64,000 nucleotides of DNA from Octopus vulgaris (lineage: Eukaryota): NCBI GenBank assembly GCA_951406725.2, contig OX597832.1:9238001-9302000 (forward strand), read 5' to 3'. The notes under the pieces were generated by a model that saw only the letters and a list, made by a program, of their open reading frames with translations, ran no database searches and was not told the origin of the DNA. The position numbers were made by a program, and so were the translations under genes. Every line of letters starts with the position of its first letter. Position 1 is the stretch's first letter. Shown in pieces: positions 15,455 to 28,175 of the stretch.

Positions 15455-16679
15455 TATATTTTCTTCTTAAAACACCAAAATTTCTAATAATTTTATTAGA
15501 AAATAATTTTCATGAGGATGATCTCTTAGTTATGTTGCTGCTATAATTAACCGGCACATTGTTTTGTTATCTTCCAATTCATAAAATGAAACATATTGAA
15601 ACTAGATGAGAAAGATGCTTCTATATAAGATTCTCCGCAACATTGTCCTAAGTCAATAATTTTGGAGGAGAGATTTATAGAGGATTTCATGGGTTAAAAT
15701 TGCGTTTGTGGAAGAAAATATAAAGAAATTTAGTTTGGAACTACGTGTGTATATGTAGAATTAATACGGATCCACAATACTAAAATATACCAGGATGGTA
15801 AATAGTGACAGAAAGATATTCTATAAACTTGTATAAAATCATACAGTGTATTTAATGCCATCTGCGTCATTTAGTCATTAAATTACCATAGGTTCTCTTA
15901 TCTTCTAGTTAAAATTATTGTTAAAAAAGTACAAGGACGAAATGATTTCATTTGAATTCAATAGAAGCAGGAAACGTTTATCATTATTCAACCATTCTAA
16001 TTTCTTAGATTCACAGCTTGTTTTTGCACGAATTTGTAGACATTTGACAATAGTGAAACATTTATTTGATTATTATATTTACATTTTTTTTAATGTGAAA
16101 TTATGAGCATTTGGCTGTATATCATATAATCGTGTGTCTGCAAGTCAAAGTTCCAGGAGACATCCACTTCAATATTTTCCAAATTTCGTCTTATAAACAG
16201 TAAATATAATCGTTAACTCGTTAACCAGTTGAAATTACATGGCTGTTTAAGCGCTTTACCGATTTAATTCGCCTAAAATGCATGATGTGTCATTTACATC
16301 GATGTGCAGTAGGAAAATATTTCATTTTGCATTAAAATTAGATTTTAGTAAATCTAAAATTTTCAGAGGTATAAAATCAATCATACGTTTTCCACATACC
16401 ACGATCCCCTTGAAGTTATAAGCAAATGTTATAAAAAAATAACAGCCATCAAACGTGTCTATACGCTGGAAGCAAATGAGTATACCATCTCAACAAATCT
16501 GCGTAAGTCTCTGAAATCTTCGAAAAAGAAATGAATTTGATAAGGGACAGTGATGTCGTAGGTAAATTTTGCCAGTATTAAAAAACAATAACAGCGTATT
16601 TTCAACTCCATCAGAGCTAAACATTGACCAATGAATACAAATAATGAAAGTGATGTAGACAAAGCTTTGAACGGTATCT

Positions 16680-17400
16680 TAGCTAAATTAGATATGTTTC
16701 GGCCAAAGATTGACCCAAGCTATGGGACCACCTGATGGGGTCTGTTAAGCCCTTTTTGAATAAAATTTTGAAAAACAGGCAACAAGCATGCGCTTTGAAA
16801 GTGATGGTTTTATTTTCTTTATTGATTATTTTAAAGGATAACCCTAAATATAGCAGTGTCTACTGGAGAATATACATTGCAGTGGATTCTTGTTTTGTGA
16901 ACCTGTATGTGTAGGGGCGTATGCCACGTCGTCCCAGCTGTGTCGGAAATCTGAATTTGTTGTTAAAGCTGTTTAAACAATACTGAGGGTGTATTCTCCT
17001 TACGGTACAAATAACGTAGCACTCACGTAGCACAGTGGAGAATATATTACAGGAAATAATGTTTTAAAGTTGTTTGCGAAATCAAAATCAGTTTTGTTTT
17101 ATTTCGTAAGTGATTGTTTTTGGGCGGACTCAATTCTCAAAATATTTTGTGTGTTGTGAGGAGACCACAGGGGACGTTATTATTCTAGGTATGGCTGCGC
17201 AAAGTAGAATCAAAGGGAATAAAGATATCATGTTCTCTAGTGTGGTAAGTTATGAGGACCCAGGAGCTTATCATCCGAGCCATATCGACATTACCATTTA
17301 TATCAGCACTGAACCCAAGCTTATGGTCCAAAATTACTCCTATGTCCCATATATTAGTGGATGTTATGCGACGTTGCCCTGAAAGATGAGAATATGATTT
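16680..17400 (-). mobile_element. Old CR1/L2-type LINE 3' fragment
   Basis: Collinear with 49610-50400: ttagatatgtttcggccaaagattg, gttgtgaggagaccacag, gacccaggagcttatcatccgagccatatcgac. Confidence 0.7.
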
Positions 17401-18033
17401 TTTGAGCGCATTCTTTTTAACAAATGCATAAGTGAAAACTTTTCCTCACTTAACTGCCTGTTGTCTTTGCTCTCCTACTGGCTTACAACTTGTAGATCAA
17501 ACTGCAGATCAATTCTCCATTCCTGCCATCAACAATTAGTTTGCTGTGTTTGGATGATAGCTGTAATGTTGTATATAGCTGGAATAAAGAGGAATGGATA
17601 AAAAACCCAGTTAGTCGGACGATCCCGTCGCCGACTAATGCCAAGGCAGAGTAGATTCCACCGAATGCAAAATACTGTTTTCTATTCACGAAGAAATATT
17701 TAATGCATTGAAACAATTTTCCAAGGATTTAAAAATTGGACACATTTGACGGGAGGATATTGTGATCATCGCTGCCGAACACTTTGAATACAATATATAT
17801 TACGTCAGGTTTCGAAGCAGATGTAAAAGTCTGAAGGACACACACACTTTATGACTTCATAATCGATGATTAAAGGATGTTATATATACTAATATATACT
17901 AAGGTATCGACAGTATTAACGTGGGCTATAACAAATGTATAGCTAAAATAAATTACTACAAACGTAGTTGCATCAACACACACAAATACGCACATACACC
18001 CTCGGGCACACACACATATATACATATACATGC

Positions 18034-18085
<52 letters not shown>

Positions 18086-18302
18086 CAGTGTGTGTGTGCG
18101 TACAAAGACACACGTACATATACACCATATATATATATATATACATATGTTCATACATAGATACACACATCAATACTTTCATATACATACATACATAAAC
18201 ACGCACATACATGCATAGATACATACATACATACACACATATACATACATAGATACATACATACATACATACATACACACACATATACATACATACACAC
18301 AG

Positions 18303-18335
<33 letters not shown>

Positions 18336-18444
18336 CATACATACATAAATACACACACATATACATACATACATAAATACATACACACATACACATATGC
18401 ATACATACATACATACATACGTAAAGTAAGTGCGTTTGTGTATC

Positions 18445-18645
18445 TTAATATTCCATTAGTGTCAGTTTCACTACTTAATTACTCATATTAGTTAATATAA
18501 TGAAAATCGTGGATCACCGAATGGAATTCTCTCGATGGCTATTGATGTGAATTTCATGAGCGGATCCGCAATTTTCATTGCATTAACTAATATGATTAAG
18601 TAAGAATGGATTCCAGTGTTGAAACTAACATTAATGTGTTATTAA
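18445..18645. mobile_element. Hairpin/foldback MITE-like palindrome (~200 bp)
   Basis: cattagtgtcagtttca..tcatattagttaatataatgaaaatcgtggatc pairs with gatccgcaattttcattgcattaactaatatga..tgaaactaacattaatg, with almost no loop. Confidence 0.7.
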
Positions 18646-18670
18646 CCAGCCGAAATTTATTCTACTAACA

Positions 18671-18736
<66 letters not shown>

Positions 18737-18895
18737 CACACACGCCTCTTACTAACGTTAATTTATGTTATTTTTCATGATCTTCCATGTTTATAAAGCT
18801 TCTATCTTTCAATCAATCAATCAATCAGTCGATCACCCAATCAATCACTCAATCACTCAATCTATCTATCTATATGTCGGCCTGTCTCTCTTTCT

Positions 18896-18986
<91 letters not shown>

Positions 18987-18994
18987 AATGTATG

Positions 18995-19830
18995 TGCGAT
19001 GGGTAAAGTACAGCCATTTTATATTTTTAATTTAGCGCATGCTTATTGCCTGTTTTTCATTTTGTAAACTATACAGTATAGTAAGGCACCATCTGCAATG
19101 GGCGCCATCTGCGAGAAAAACAGCACCATGCCGCAATTCACTCTGACAAAAATTTGGAAACGACATACTGTAGTGTTCGGCATTCGCGTCGGAAGATCCA
19201 ATACGAATATTTCAGAGTGTTTGACTGTCAATCAAAGGACAGTACAATCTAAAGACATGTACAGAGAGTGATAAAAATGAAATATCTACTCAACAGCTTT
19301 GTGTCTAGAGTGATCACTAGGGATGGTAACGTTATGTCTCCATTCATCAAATGCCTGCAGGAGGTAGTGATGCCCTGAGGCAAGAGGGTGGCTGCAGGAA
19401 GAACCTATGTCTGGCAACAGGACGCTGCACCATGCCACACAAGAAGAAGAACAGAGTTATAGCTGTCAAACAAGTCATGCAGCCACATCCCCTCTAGCTA
19501 GCATCTGGCCACCTAACTCCCCAAACTACAACCGGTTGAGCAATAAAGCTCCTTGTAACACCAAAGATGAAATGAAGGCCAGAATTGTGCCATCATTCAC
19601 CAACCTAAACAAAGAGGGCATTCAGAAGAGCTGAAAGAGATTTCAAAGCCATCTGGAGGCCGTGGTTGAAGCCAAAAGCGAATTTATTGAATAAATTTGA
19701 CTTTTAGTATTGCAAAATATTCTTATGTATTTTTGGTAAATCTTAAAATGATATGTTAATGTTATTTTCATTTTTGAGTAATTTAAACGACGATTTGGCC
19801 TTTTAAAATGATTTTCATTCGTTCTCATAA
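18995..19830 (+). mobile_element. Tc1/mariner superfamily relic (DD37D/maT-like), internally deleted
   Basis: YVWQQDAAPCHT, IWPPNSPNYN and C-terminal RFQSHLEAVVEAKSEFIE*. Confidence 0.75.
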
Positions 19831-20820
19831 CAGGCACTGCATACTGTACGAAATCAAGACCAATATTCAGCAATATTCGACAGTTGAGCAGTTGTGCACA
19901 GGAATTTTTTTTCTGCAAATTACCCGTTATCTGGGCAACATCATTGTCTCAACTTTCAAAGTTTGAAAATTGTCGTTGATAAAAGAGCCAAGCAAACTGC
20001 ACTAGTTACATTACTTCTATTCACGAGTCGCTGTTATGATAGAACAAGTTCATGAACTACGAAAAGTGTATTAACTTGTTCCGTAGATCCCTCATCATCT
20101 CACTACACCTTAGTCTAAACAAGTCGTTCCCTTCTGCTTGACTCTGTATAGCAAGATTTGTTAAGGAATGCATCCTGAATAGAATCATCAGAAGTAAATA
20201 GATATTAGTTGTATATAAATATTTCCAACGAAAACAATAATCGCTTGCACCCATTGAAAAGGGAAATTCTACACGCAAGCCAGGACTTAAAAACGAAAGT
20301 GCTATGCTATTTTTTTTAGTGAGATGTGAGGCACGTCGTCGATAAGAAAGTGTTAAACAAATACGAAACGGGTAATTGACAGAAACGTTTTCGTTCATTG
20401 CGATCATTATAAATAATTAATTCAAAATCAGCACATAATTGGCTGATCGGAAACGAGTGATGCTAGGACGTGATAATAGAAGACAGGCAAGAAAATAATA
20501 CAGTACTTAAATATGCAAGATTTTCCTCATCCTCCCCATTCTCTTTATCTTCATCCATCTGACTATCATCTTTTTATAACATATGAACATTATTTATAGG
20601 AAAATAGTTTAATAATTGCGAATGAATATAAACGAAGATGAGTGTTTATTTTGAAGCCAGAAGTATTTTAAGCTCGAGGAATCTACAATTTGCCATACAG
20701 ACGGGATAAGTTTGTCAATAATGGTGCTAAATATTGTTTGGCTTAAATATATAATTGTAGTAGATTGCAGTAGCTTTTTATATCTTTGGCAGCTCGAAAA
20801 GTGACAGAATTTCTTTCCCC

Positions 20821-20889
<69 letters not shown>

Positions 20890-21074
20890 GCAGCAATCTC
20901 AGAGACGGGACGTGTTTTGCATAGCTCTGGCCAGTCGAAGAAACATACTTCAACTCAGAATAGCTGAAATTTCTATTTTTATTTCCCATCTCAAAACTTC
21001 TGAAATCTATGATTCTATAATCATTTTGCAATCATCGGAAAAGATGGTTCACTCAATGGAAACTTACATAAATA

Positions 21075-21555
21075 TCATAAACTGAAATAAACACTACGCA
21101 GCCAAGCTCCTGCACAGTGTCTCATCTTAGTAATATGCACATGGAATGTTGTATCATTGCTCATATGAACCCCCAGGTCGGGCACCGACTCCGTCTTAGG
21201 GATCGTATTACATTCTGGTCCAGTGTACTCTGACTTTAGCCTGGTGTTGGACGGATAGTGGAGTACATTAAATTTCATAGCATTGAACTGCACTTTATTT
21301 TTGTTAGCCCATTTGTAGATTTCATTCAGGTCTTACTGCAGTTTTATGATATCCTCTGGGTTCCTAACTGCCTGCGATACTGACTGTACCGCGGAGGACA
21401 TTCTGAGAAGGCCACCACAAATAGTAGTGGCCCTCGTACAATTTCCTGTTGCATTCCGCTGAGAATGGCGTCTCTTCGGAGTGAGCACCATTGGCTACAA
21501 CTGTCTGACTCGTACCCTTCAGAAAACCATGTAGCCACTCCCCCACTTTCCCGTT
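21075..21555 (-). mobile_element. CR1/L2-type LINE RT fragment
   Basis: WLHGFLKGTSQTVVANGAHS, GPLLFVV, and MQFNAMKFNVLHY..DLGVHMSNDTTFHVHI. Confidence 0.8.
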
Positions 21556-21559
21556 AACT

Positions 21560-21690
21560 ATTTAATTCTACAGGTACTTGCAAATTGTATTTACTTTTAG
21601 TCTGATATATAACTATCTTAAACTGGTAGCTATCTTAAAATAGCTCACATTTTCCACTTTAGTACTCTCCATTAGTGTTTAGGAAACCGA
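21560..21690 (+). repeat. Dispersed repeat shared with 27937-28060
   Basis: tttaattctacaggtacttgcaaatt..aaactggta.ctatcttaaaat.gctca..tttagtactctcc.ttag occurs at both loci. Confidence 0.8.
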
Positions 21691-22008
21691 AAGCTTAGAT
21701 AATCTCATTTAATTATTCTGCGTGTGATTTTGATGTCATCCATGTCAACTTGTTACCACCTGATCAATCCGTGGCGGTTGAGCCACGTGCTGATTGGTTA
21801 AAAATAACTTTCCAAATTTTCTTTTTGCTGGAGCTGGCCGAAAAGTATTTACTTGAAAGAAGATTAAGCATTGTACTACTGTTGCTAATTATGAAACGCG
21901 CTTGCTTTTTTCTTAATGGTGATAAACAAATGTCGTAGAATATGAAATTACTTAGCAATAGGAAAATACAGAAAAACATGTGGAAATCAAACTGAGTTCG
22001 TGAGTATG

Positions 22009-22057
<49 letters not shown>

Positions 22058-22061
<4 letters not shown>

Positions 22062-22675
22062 AAATGAAGAAAATGCTGACAAATAATTGAAGTAATTTAA
22101 GTAATTTAATTAGGTGAAAGTTCTTTTTACCGGTTGCGCATTTGTTATGCTTATCAAAATATAAAAGAGAGATTAGAGTCTGTCTCTTATATGTGAAAAA
22201 AAGAGGCTCCAGAGTTGTTTTGGATTTGCTTTGTTTCGCGCCTAAAATTTTGATTGGTCATTATGAAGGGGTCACGTGAATGTTTGAATGGAAGTTGGTG
22301 TTGGGGTAAGAAAAAAGGCTCCAGAGAAGTTAAAATTTGGCTAGTGTCCCGCCTAAAATTTCTTATTGGCCATAATAAAGAGGTCACGTGAATGTTCAGA
22401 ATTTTCGAAAATAGTGTTGTTGAAAATTCTTATTGTTCAGGTTGGTCAGTAGACGTCATGTGGATATTTTAAATAGCTTTTTAGCGCGTAGTTAGGGAGT
22501 GTATTTTCCGCTTGACTGGATAAGTAAGTTCGTTTAGAACAGGGAGAGCTGTATGTATGTATGTGTGTGCGCGCGCGCGCGTGTGTGTGTTTATATGTAT
22601 GTTGGGGCGCGCGCGTGTGTATATATGTGTGTGTGTGTGGGTACAATTTTCAATATTTATAGTTCTGCTGGCCTT
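22058..22675 (-). repeat. Inverted pseudo-LTR (left arm)
   Basis: Reverse complement of 24981-25596; about 7 mismatches counted by eye. Confidence 0.95.
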
Positions 22676-24779
22676 AGTGAGGAACTATTCGACCAGCACA
22701 ACGAGGATGAGTCACTAGTTAGAAATAAAAGCAACTACAACCCACGAAAAGGTAGAAATAAAATCCTAGACGAATTCTGTGAGCACATTACAAACTTCCC
22801 CTACCAACACTTACACAAACCAAAACCCAAACCAAACCTCAACAAGAAAGAGTGGGAAGAATTAAACAAATTAATAAATGAAAGATCTATCACCATTAAA
22901 GAGGCCGATAAAGGAAGTGCAGTAGTCTTAATGGAGACAGAATACTATATCAACTTAGCACTCTCCACCTTGGAAAATGGAACATATTACGAAAAGGCTG
23001 AACACTACAATCAACAGAAAATTATGAGAAACTTAAAAACCCTGATCAACCCCCACAAAGAAGAACTCACTAATAAAGAATTCAACTTCATCACAAATTT
23101 CACTAGTAAAACCAGCCTCTTCTACTGTATTCCCAAAATTCATAAAGCGAATTAATAAGTAAGGCATGCAAGGAAGCCACAAACTCTGTAATCAATGTCC
23201 CCTCACCAAATGACCTCAAATTGAGACCTATAATAGCAGGTCCCGCTTGCGAAACCCACCGCCTTAGCAACTTCATTGATACCCTTCTCAAACCGTTCCT
23301 CAAACACATTAAAAGCTACATAAGGGACGATCTAGATATGCTCAACCACCTCCCCAATACACTTCTTGCTGAACAAACCCTGCTAGTAACATTCGATGTA
23401 GTCAATATTTACTCCAACATCCCCCACAACCTAGGAATAGAAGCTATCCAATTCTGGCTGGATAATTACTCCAACGAACTCCCACACCGCATCAAAAAGG
23501 AATTTATTTTAGAAGGACTCAAATTCATCTTAGAGAATAATTTCTTCACCTTCAACAACAAATTCTACAGACAGAAATCAGGGATGGCAATGGGAACGAA
23601 AACAGCTCCCACTTACGCCAACTTAGTCATGGGATACCTGGAAATCACCCTCTATAATAACGTTCTTAACCAATTTGGCACCACTCTCCACACACACATA
23701 GAGAAGAACTGGAAGAGATATCTTGATGACTGCTTCATCCTTTGGCCCGAAACCGTCGAGAAGCTTAACGAATTTCACACTCTTATAAATGGGCTCAACA
23801 CAAACATTATTTTCACAATGGAATACAGCCCTCAACAAATTCCCTTCCTCGACATCCTCATTAAAATTCACAACAAAAAAATAGAAACAGACATATACTA
23901 CAAGCCCACAGACTCCAAGCAATACCTCCCTTTCAATTCATGCCACCCTAGACACGTTAAAATTAACATTCCCTACAACTTAGCCAAGAGAATTTGCACT
24001 ATAGTCTCCAATAAAAACACCCGTCTCTTACGTCTACAAGAACTCAAGGGCACATTAACAAGCAGGGATTACCCCACGTCACTAATTGACAATGGGATCC
24101 AACGCGCCCTAAAACTCAGCACGCAGGAACTTAGACGCCCTAAACCTGTTACATCGAAACCCCATACTCTACCATACATCTCTACACACAACCCCTCAAC
24201 AATGAAGCTTTTGACACCATCCTCCAGAACATTCCTGTATTACAAAAGGACCATAGAATGAACCAAATCCTCCTAACACACGAAATCATAAAGAGCAAAA
24301 GGCAACCCAAATCATTGAAAACCATCCTAACAAATGCCAAAGTACTGCCAACCACAACAACTAAACCCACAGTAAACAAATGCAATAGACCCAACTGTGG
24401 TATATGCATCAACCTAATAGAAGGTCCGGAATTCCTTTTTAAACAAGGACAACGTTTCACAGTAAAACACAACTTCACATGCGCATCAGAAAACCTAGTA
24501 TATGTCTTAACTTGCTCGGGCTGTAATGAACACTACATAGGCCAAACAAAAAATAGCCTCCGCCAACGCATGACTGTCCACAGATCCCAAATAAAAATAC
24601 AGGAATATAGAAAAATAGCATTTAGTGCACATATTGATACCTGTGCCGCACAACTCCATCCCAATTTTAGAATCTTTCCCCTCTACAAATTTAAAGACAA
24701 TGCCACTCATACCCAGCGAATAACCATGGAATCCCACCTTATTAATAAATACAGACCACTTCTAAACACATGCCCCTAA
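22676..24779 (+). CDS. PLE polyprotein (RT + Cys-rich linker + GIY-YIG endonuclease), N-truncated, two 1-nt frameshifts (~23147, ~24195)
   Basis: IKEADKGSAVVLM, FYCIPKIHK, RPIIAG, LVTFDVVNIYSNIPH, QKSGMAMGTKTAPTYANLVMG, WKRYLDDCF, IPFLDILI, CNRPNCGIC, LVYVLTCSGCNEHYIGQT..RMTVH..H. ORFs 22553, 23221 and 24258 join by single-base shifts. Confidence 0.93.
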
Positions 24780-25258
24780 CACGAACCCACAACAAACAAA
24801 CTTACACCTGCACACACCCTACACGCACCTTTACCCAGATATTAACACCATGACACACACAAATATATGGTTCCACACATACACATAATTGAATACGGGT
24901 GCAAAACATCCAACACTATTTTTTGGAAATGGCTGTAAATATTGACTTCACACAAATACGTTGCTTCCCGATACAGGCAAAAGGCCAGCAGAACTATAAA
25001 TATTGAAAATTGTACCCACACACACACACACATATATACACGCGCGCGCCCCAACATACATATAAACACACACGCGCGCACGCGCACACACATACATACA
25101 TACAACTCTCCCTGTTCTAAACGAACTTACTTATCCAGTCAAGCGGAAAATACACTCCCTAACTACGCGCTAAAAAGCTATTTAAAATATCCACATGACG
25201 TCTACTGACCAGCCTGAACAATAAGAATTTTCAACAACACTATTTTCGAAAATTCTAA

Positions 25259-25460
25259 ACATTCACGTGACCTCTTTATTATGGCCAATAAGAAATTTTA
25301 GGCGGGACACTAGCCAAATTTTAACTTCTCTGGAGCCTTTTTTCTTACCCCAACACCAACTTCCATTCAAACATTAACGTGACCCCTTCATAATGACCAA
25401 TCAAAATTTTAGGCGCGAAACCAAGCAAATCCAAAACAACTCTGGAGCCTCTTTTTTTCA
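25259..25460 (+). promoter_or_regulatory. Duplicated E-box/CCAAT/E2F-like module in the pseudo-LTR (putative promoter)
   Basis: Two units, each (C/A)ACGTGAC ... CCAAT ... GGCGGGA or GGCGCGAAA ... tctggagcct. Function is inferred from motifs only. Confidence 0.45.
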
Positions 25461-25486
25461 CATATAAGAGACAGACTCTAATCTCT

Positions 25487-25533
25487 CTTTTATATTTTGA
25501 TAAGCATAACAAATGCGCAACCGGTAAAAAGAA
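25487..25533 (+). ncRNA. Variant hammerhead-like motif in PLE pseudo-LTR (mirror copy ~22121-22167, minus)
   Basis: tt TTGATAA GCAT-aacaa-ATGC GCAA CCGG TA aa. U3-A8 core, perfect stem II, palindromic ACCGGU stem III, A13C deviation; identical in both arms. Confidence 0.65.
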
Positions 25534-25635
25534 CTTTCACCTAATTAAATTACTTAAATTACTTCAGTTATTTGTCAGCATTTTCTTCATTTCCTTTTTT
25601 ATATATCACCACTCGTGTTCGACATCTCCTTTTTT

Positions 25636-25689
<54 letters not shown>

Positions 25690-27314
25690 TACACAAACAT
25701 ATATATATATATATAATGTGATAACCTTGTTAAACATAGACTTTATTATTTAATACCTCGTTGGCCCACAGCTCTTTCATACATAAAGAAATTGACCTAT
25801 GCATCTCCACATTTTTTACTCTACTGGGGCCATATGGCATTTGGGGTCCCTGTGGAATTTTGTGGCCTTACCTCCATAACAGAAAATATTATAATTGTTA
25901 TAAAATTCCTAATATTTAATTATGAAAATGTAACTGGATCTTTTACCCATTGAATGGCAATGTAGATGCACCTGAATATAATAGTGGTCCATATGTGAAA
26001 AATTATTGATCTAAACAGTCGTTAGATGATTATTCAGTCATCCTACAAAACATCCTTCGGTTCCTTTAGTGACTGGCGCCTTTATCTTTTCCCAAAATGG
26101 CAGATTAATTTTTTTTATTTATTGATATCTGATGACGTGTGTGTTTGTGTATTATGTGAGTGAGTGTGTGTGAGTGTGTGCGTGTGAGTGTGAGTGTGTT
26201 TGCATGTGCACGCGTGCGCATTCACTCCATGCGCCTAAATTTCGTACTCTTCGTACCAATTTTAAATAGATTTAGCTTCCAGAATCGGAATATTATCTTC
26301 CTGATTGTTTCACTGCTATCGGTTACAATGTTTGTATCACAGTGATATCATGATAAACTGAAACATTTAGTCTTTGGGTCAACTTTTGTAGTGTAGGCAA
26401 ATAGAATTTCGTAATAAAACTGGCCAAATTATCAGTGTGCCCCCTGCATTATTTACGGTATTAAGAAACATAAAGGCTTGGTGATTACTTGGGCATGTTT
26501 CCAGATATGAATTCGTCTAGAAGAAAACAAAATGAATGACAATCCTTCAGAGAAAATTACATTCTTCCTATAATTCATTATTCAAATCATGATAGTTTAG
26601 TCACCATTTTTTCAACTAATCTCTGTTGATTTTGGACAGAATTAGTTTAGCAATTTCAGCCATACAATAGTATTCAGTGTTACGAAGTGAGTGAGGAAGT
26701 GTTTGTTTCATGCGCAATTGGCAAAGTGGTGGTTTAGCTAATTTTCACGATCCTATAAGCCTTCTATATTCTATATTCTGAAATACGGTTAGCACAATGC
26801 ATATCAACAATTGCCAGTAAACAAAATAGGAAAATTAATTTTTTTGTATTTTCGATTTGGCATCCACTATGCGTCAAGTATGGAAATATGCATAGTTCAT
26901 TCCTTTGTTTGATACAATTCATTTTCACCTTCACTATTCTAAAGCCAACCACCTCCTTGTGCAATTAACCTTCCAGTCAGAATCTATGCTCGTTAGAGAT
27001 AGTTTTATATTGGTTATAGAATTCAAGCACTATTTTAGAGTCTGTGTATCTCAAAATATAATTCGACTCAGCGGTTTTATTCACGGAATCTTCAGGTATT
27101 CATGCACCAATAATTTTTCGTCTTTGGAAGTCAAATATGTGATGCATTTTAACTTATTAAAAAAAAATGTTCTTCCCAAAATTATCAAAAATAGAAACAA
27201 TAGGTTATATCCCGAAATACAAGACATACATAATGCAGAAAAACAATTTTGAATTTGTCAGTTTGCCAATAGTCTTGATAGGTATCTAAAATTTGGTTTT
27301 TCTAATATTCTATC

Positions 27315-27354
<40 letters not shown>

Positions 27355-27392
27355 TATATATATATGTATATAAATGCACGCACACATATACG

Positions 27393-27447
<55 letters not shown>

Positions 27448-27689
27448 GTATGCACACAAACTCGCACACACACACAAACAAACGCATACATGCACACGTA
27501 CATATATAAACGAAAGTTGCAGAGTATATATATATATATGTATACGTCAGCTTTATACGCATTCACTTTGTCTAACAGTTTTCTACAGGTACCAAATGAA
27601 GGTAGATCACGTTTACATTACACGTACACATTCACGCATGGTTTCCCACACTCACACAAACACACGCGCACATAATCACCAAGGCATAC

Positions 27690-27887
27690 GTGCTTGCCCC
27701 CACCCCTATCCGCCACACACATATTTCCCCAGGTCACTGTTGTCTCCCACGCTAACTATTCCTCAAACCGACTCCTTCACTTCCAGTGGCTTCAGGATAC
27801 TTTCACTGTTTAATGCAGAATTGTATTTTCTCTTCATTTTTGTTTTCCCTTCATCATTCGTTTCTGTAGAAGAGCCTAAAATCGAAA
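27690..27887 (+). mobile_element. PLE pseudo-LTR relic with interrupted hammerhead (continues at 28363-28390)
   Basis: Removing 27888-28362 rebuilds cgttt CTGTAGA a gagc ctaa aatc GAAA CG TT aacg, similar to the 48639 motif. Confidence 0.6.
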
Positions 27888-28136
27888 TTTATGTATGAAT
27901 AATTGTAGCAGTTCGTTATTCACATCATGTATTATTTTAATTCTACAGGTACTTGCAAATTATATTTACTTCTAGGCTGATGTGTAACTATCATAAACTG
28001 GTAACTATCTTAAAATGGCTCATATTTTCCAATTTAGTACTCTCCGTTAGAGTTCAAGAAGCCCTAACATTAGCGTAGTGGTTTAGGGCGCATGCTACTA
28101 ACCCAAATATTCCTGGTTCTATTTCAAGCAGTGACC

Positions 28137-28175
<39 letters not shown>

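Larger units (their letters stand above)
24981..25596 (+). repeat. Pseudo-LTR (right arm)
   Basis: aaggccagcagaactataaa...ttttcttcatttcctt; contains an internal ~110 bp tandem duplication and an HHR-like motif. Confidence 0.95.
22058..25638 (+). mobile_element. Penelope-like retroelement (Neptune-like), 5'-truncated, with inverted upstream pseudo-LTR, inserted in (TA)n
   Basis: RT+GIY-YIG ORF; inverted repeats 22058-22675 / 24981-25596; a short extra tail 25597-25638 on the right only; (TA)n on both flanks. Confidence 0.95.

Noticed and set aside
17611-17638. GC hairpin ttagtcgg..ccgactaa as a terminator or Helitron end
   Set aside because: Eukaryotic context, no U-tract and no downstream CTRR terminus.
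22553-22675. Start of the 200 aa ORF (MYVCVCARAR...)
   Set aside because: It lies in the inverted pseudo-LTR microsatellite and is fortuitously in frame; it is not the real PLE N-terminus.
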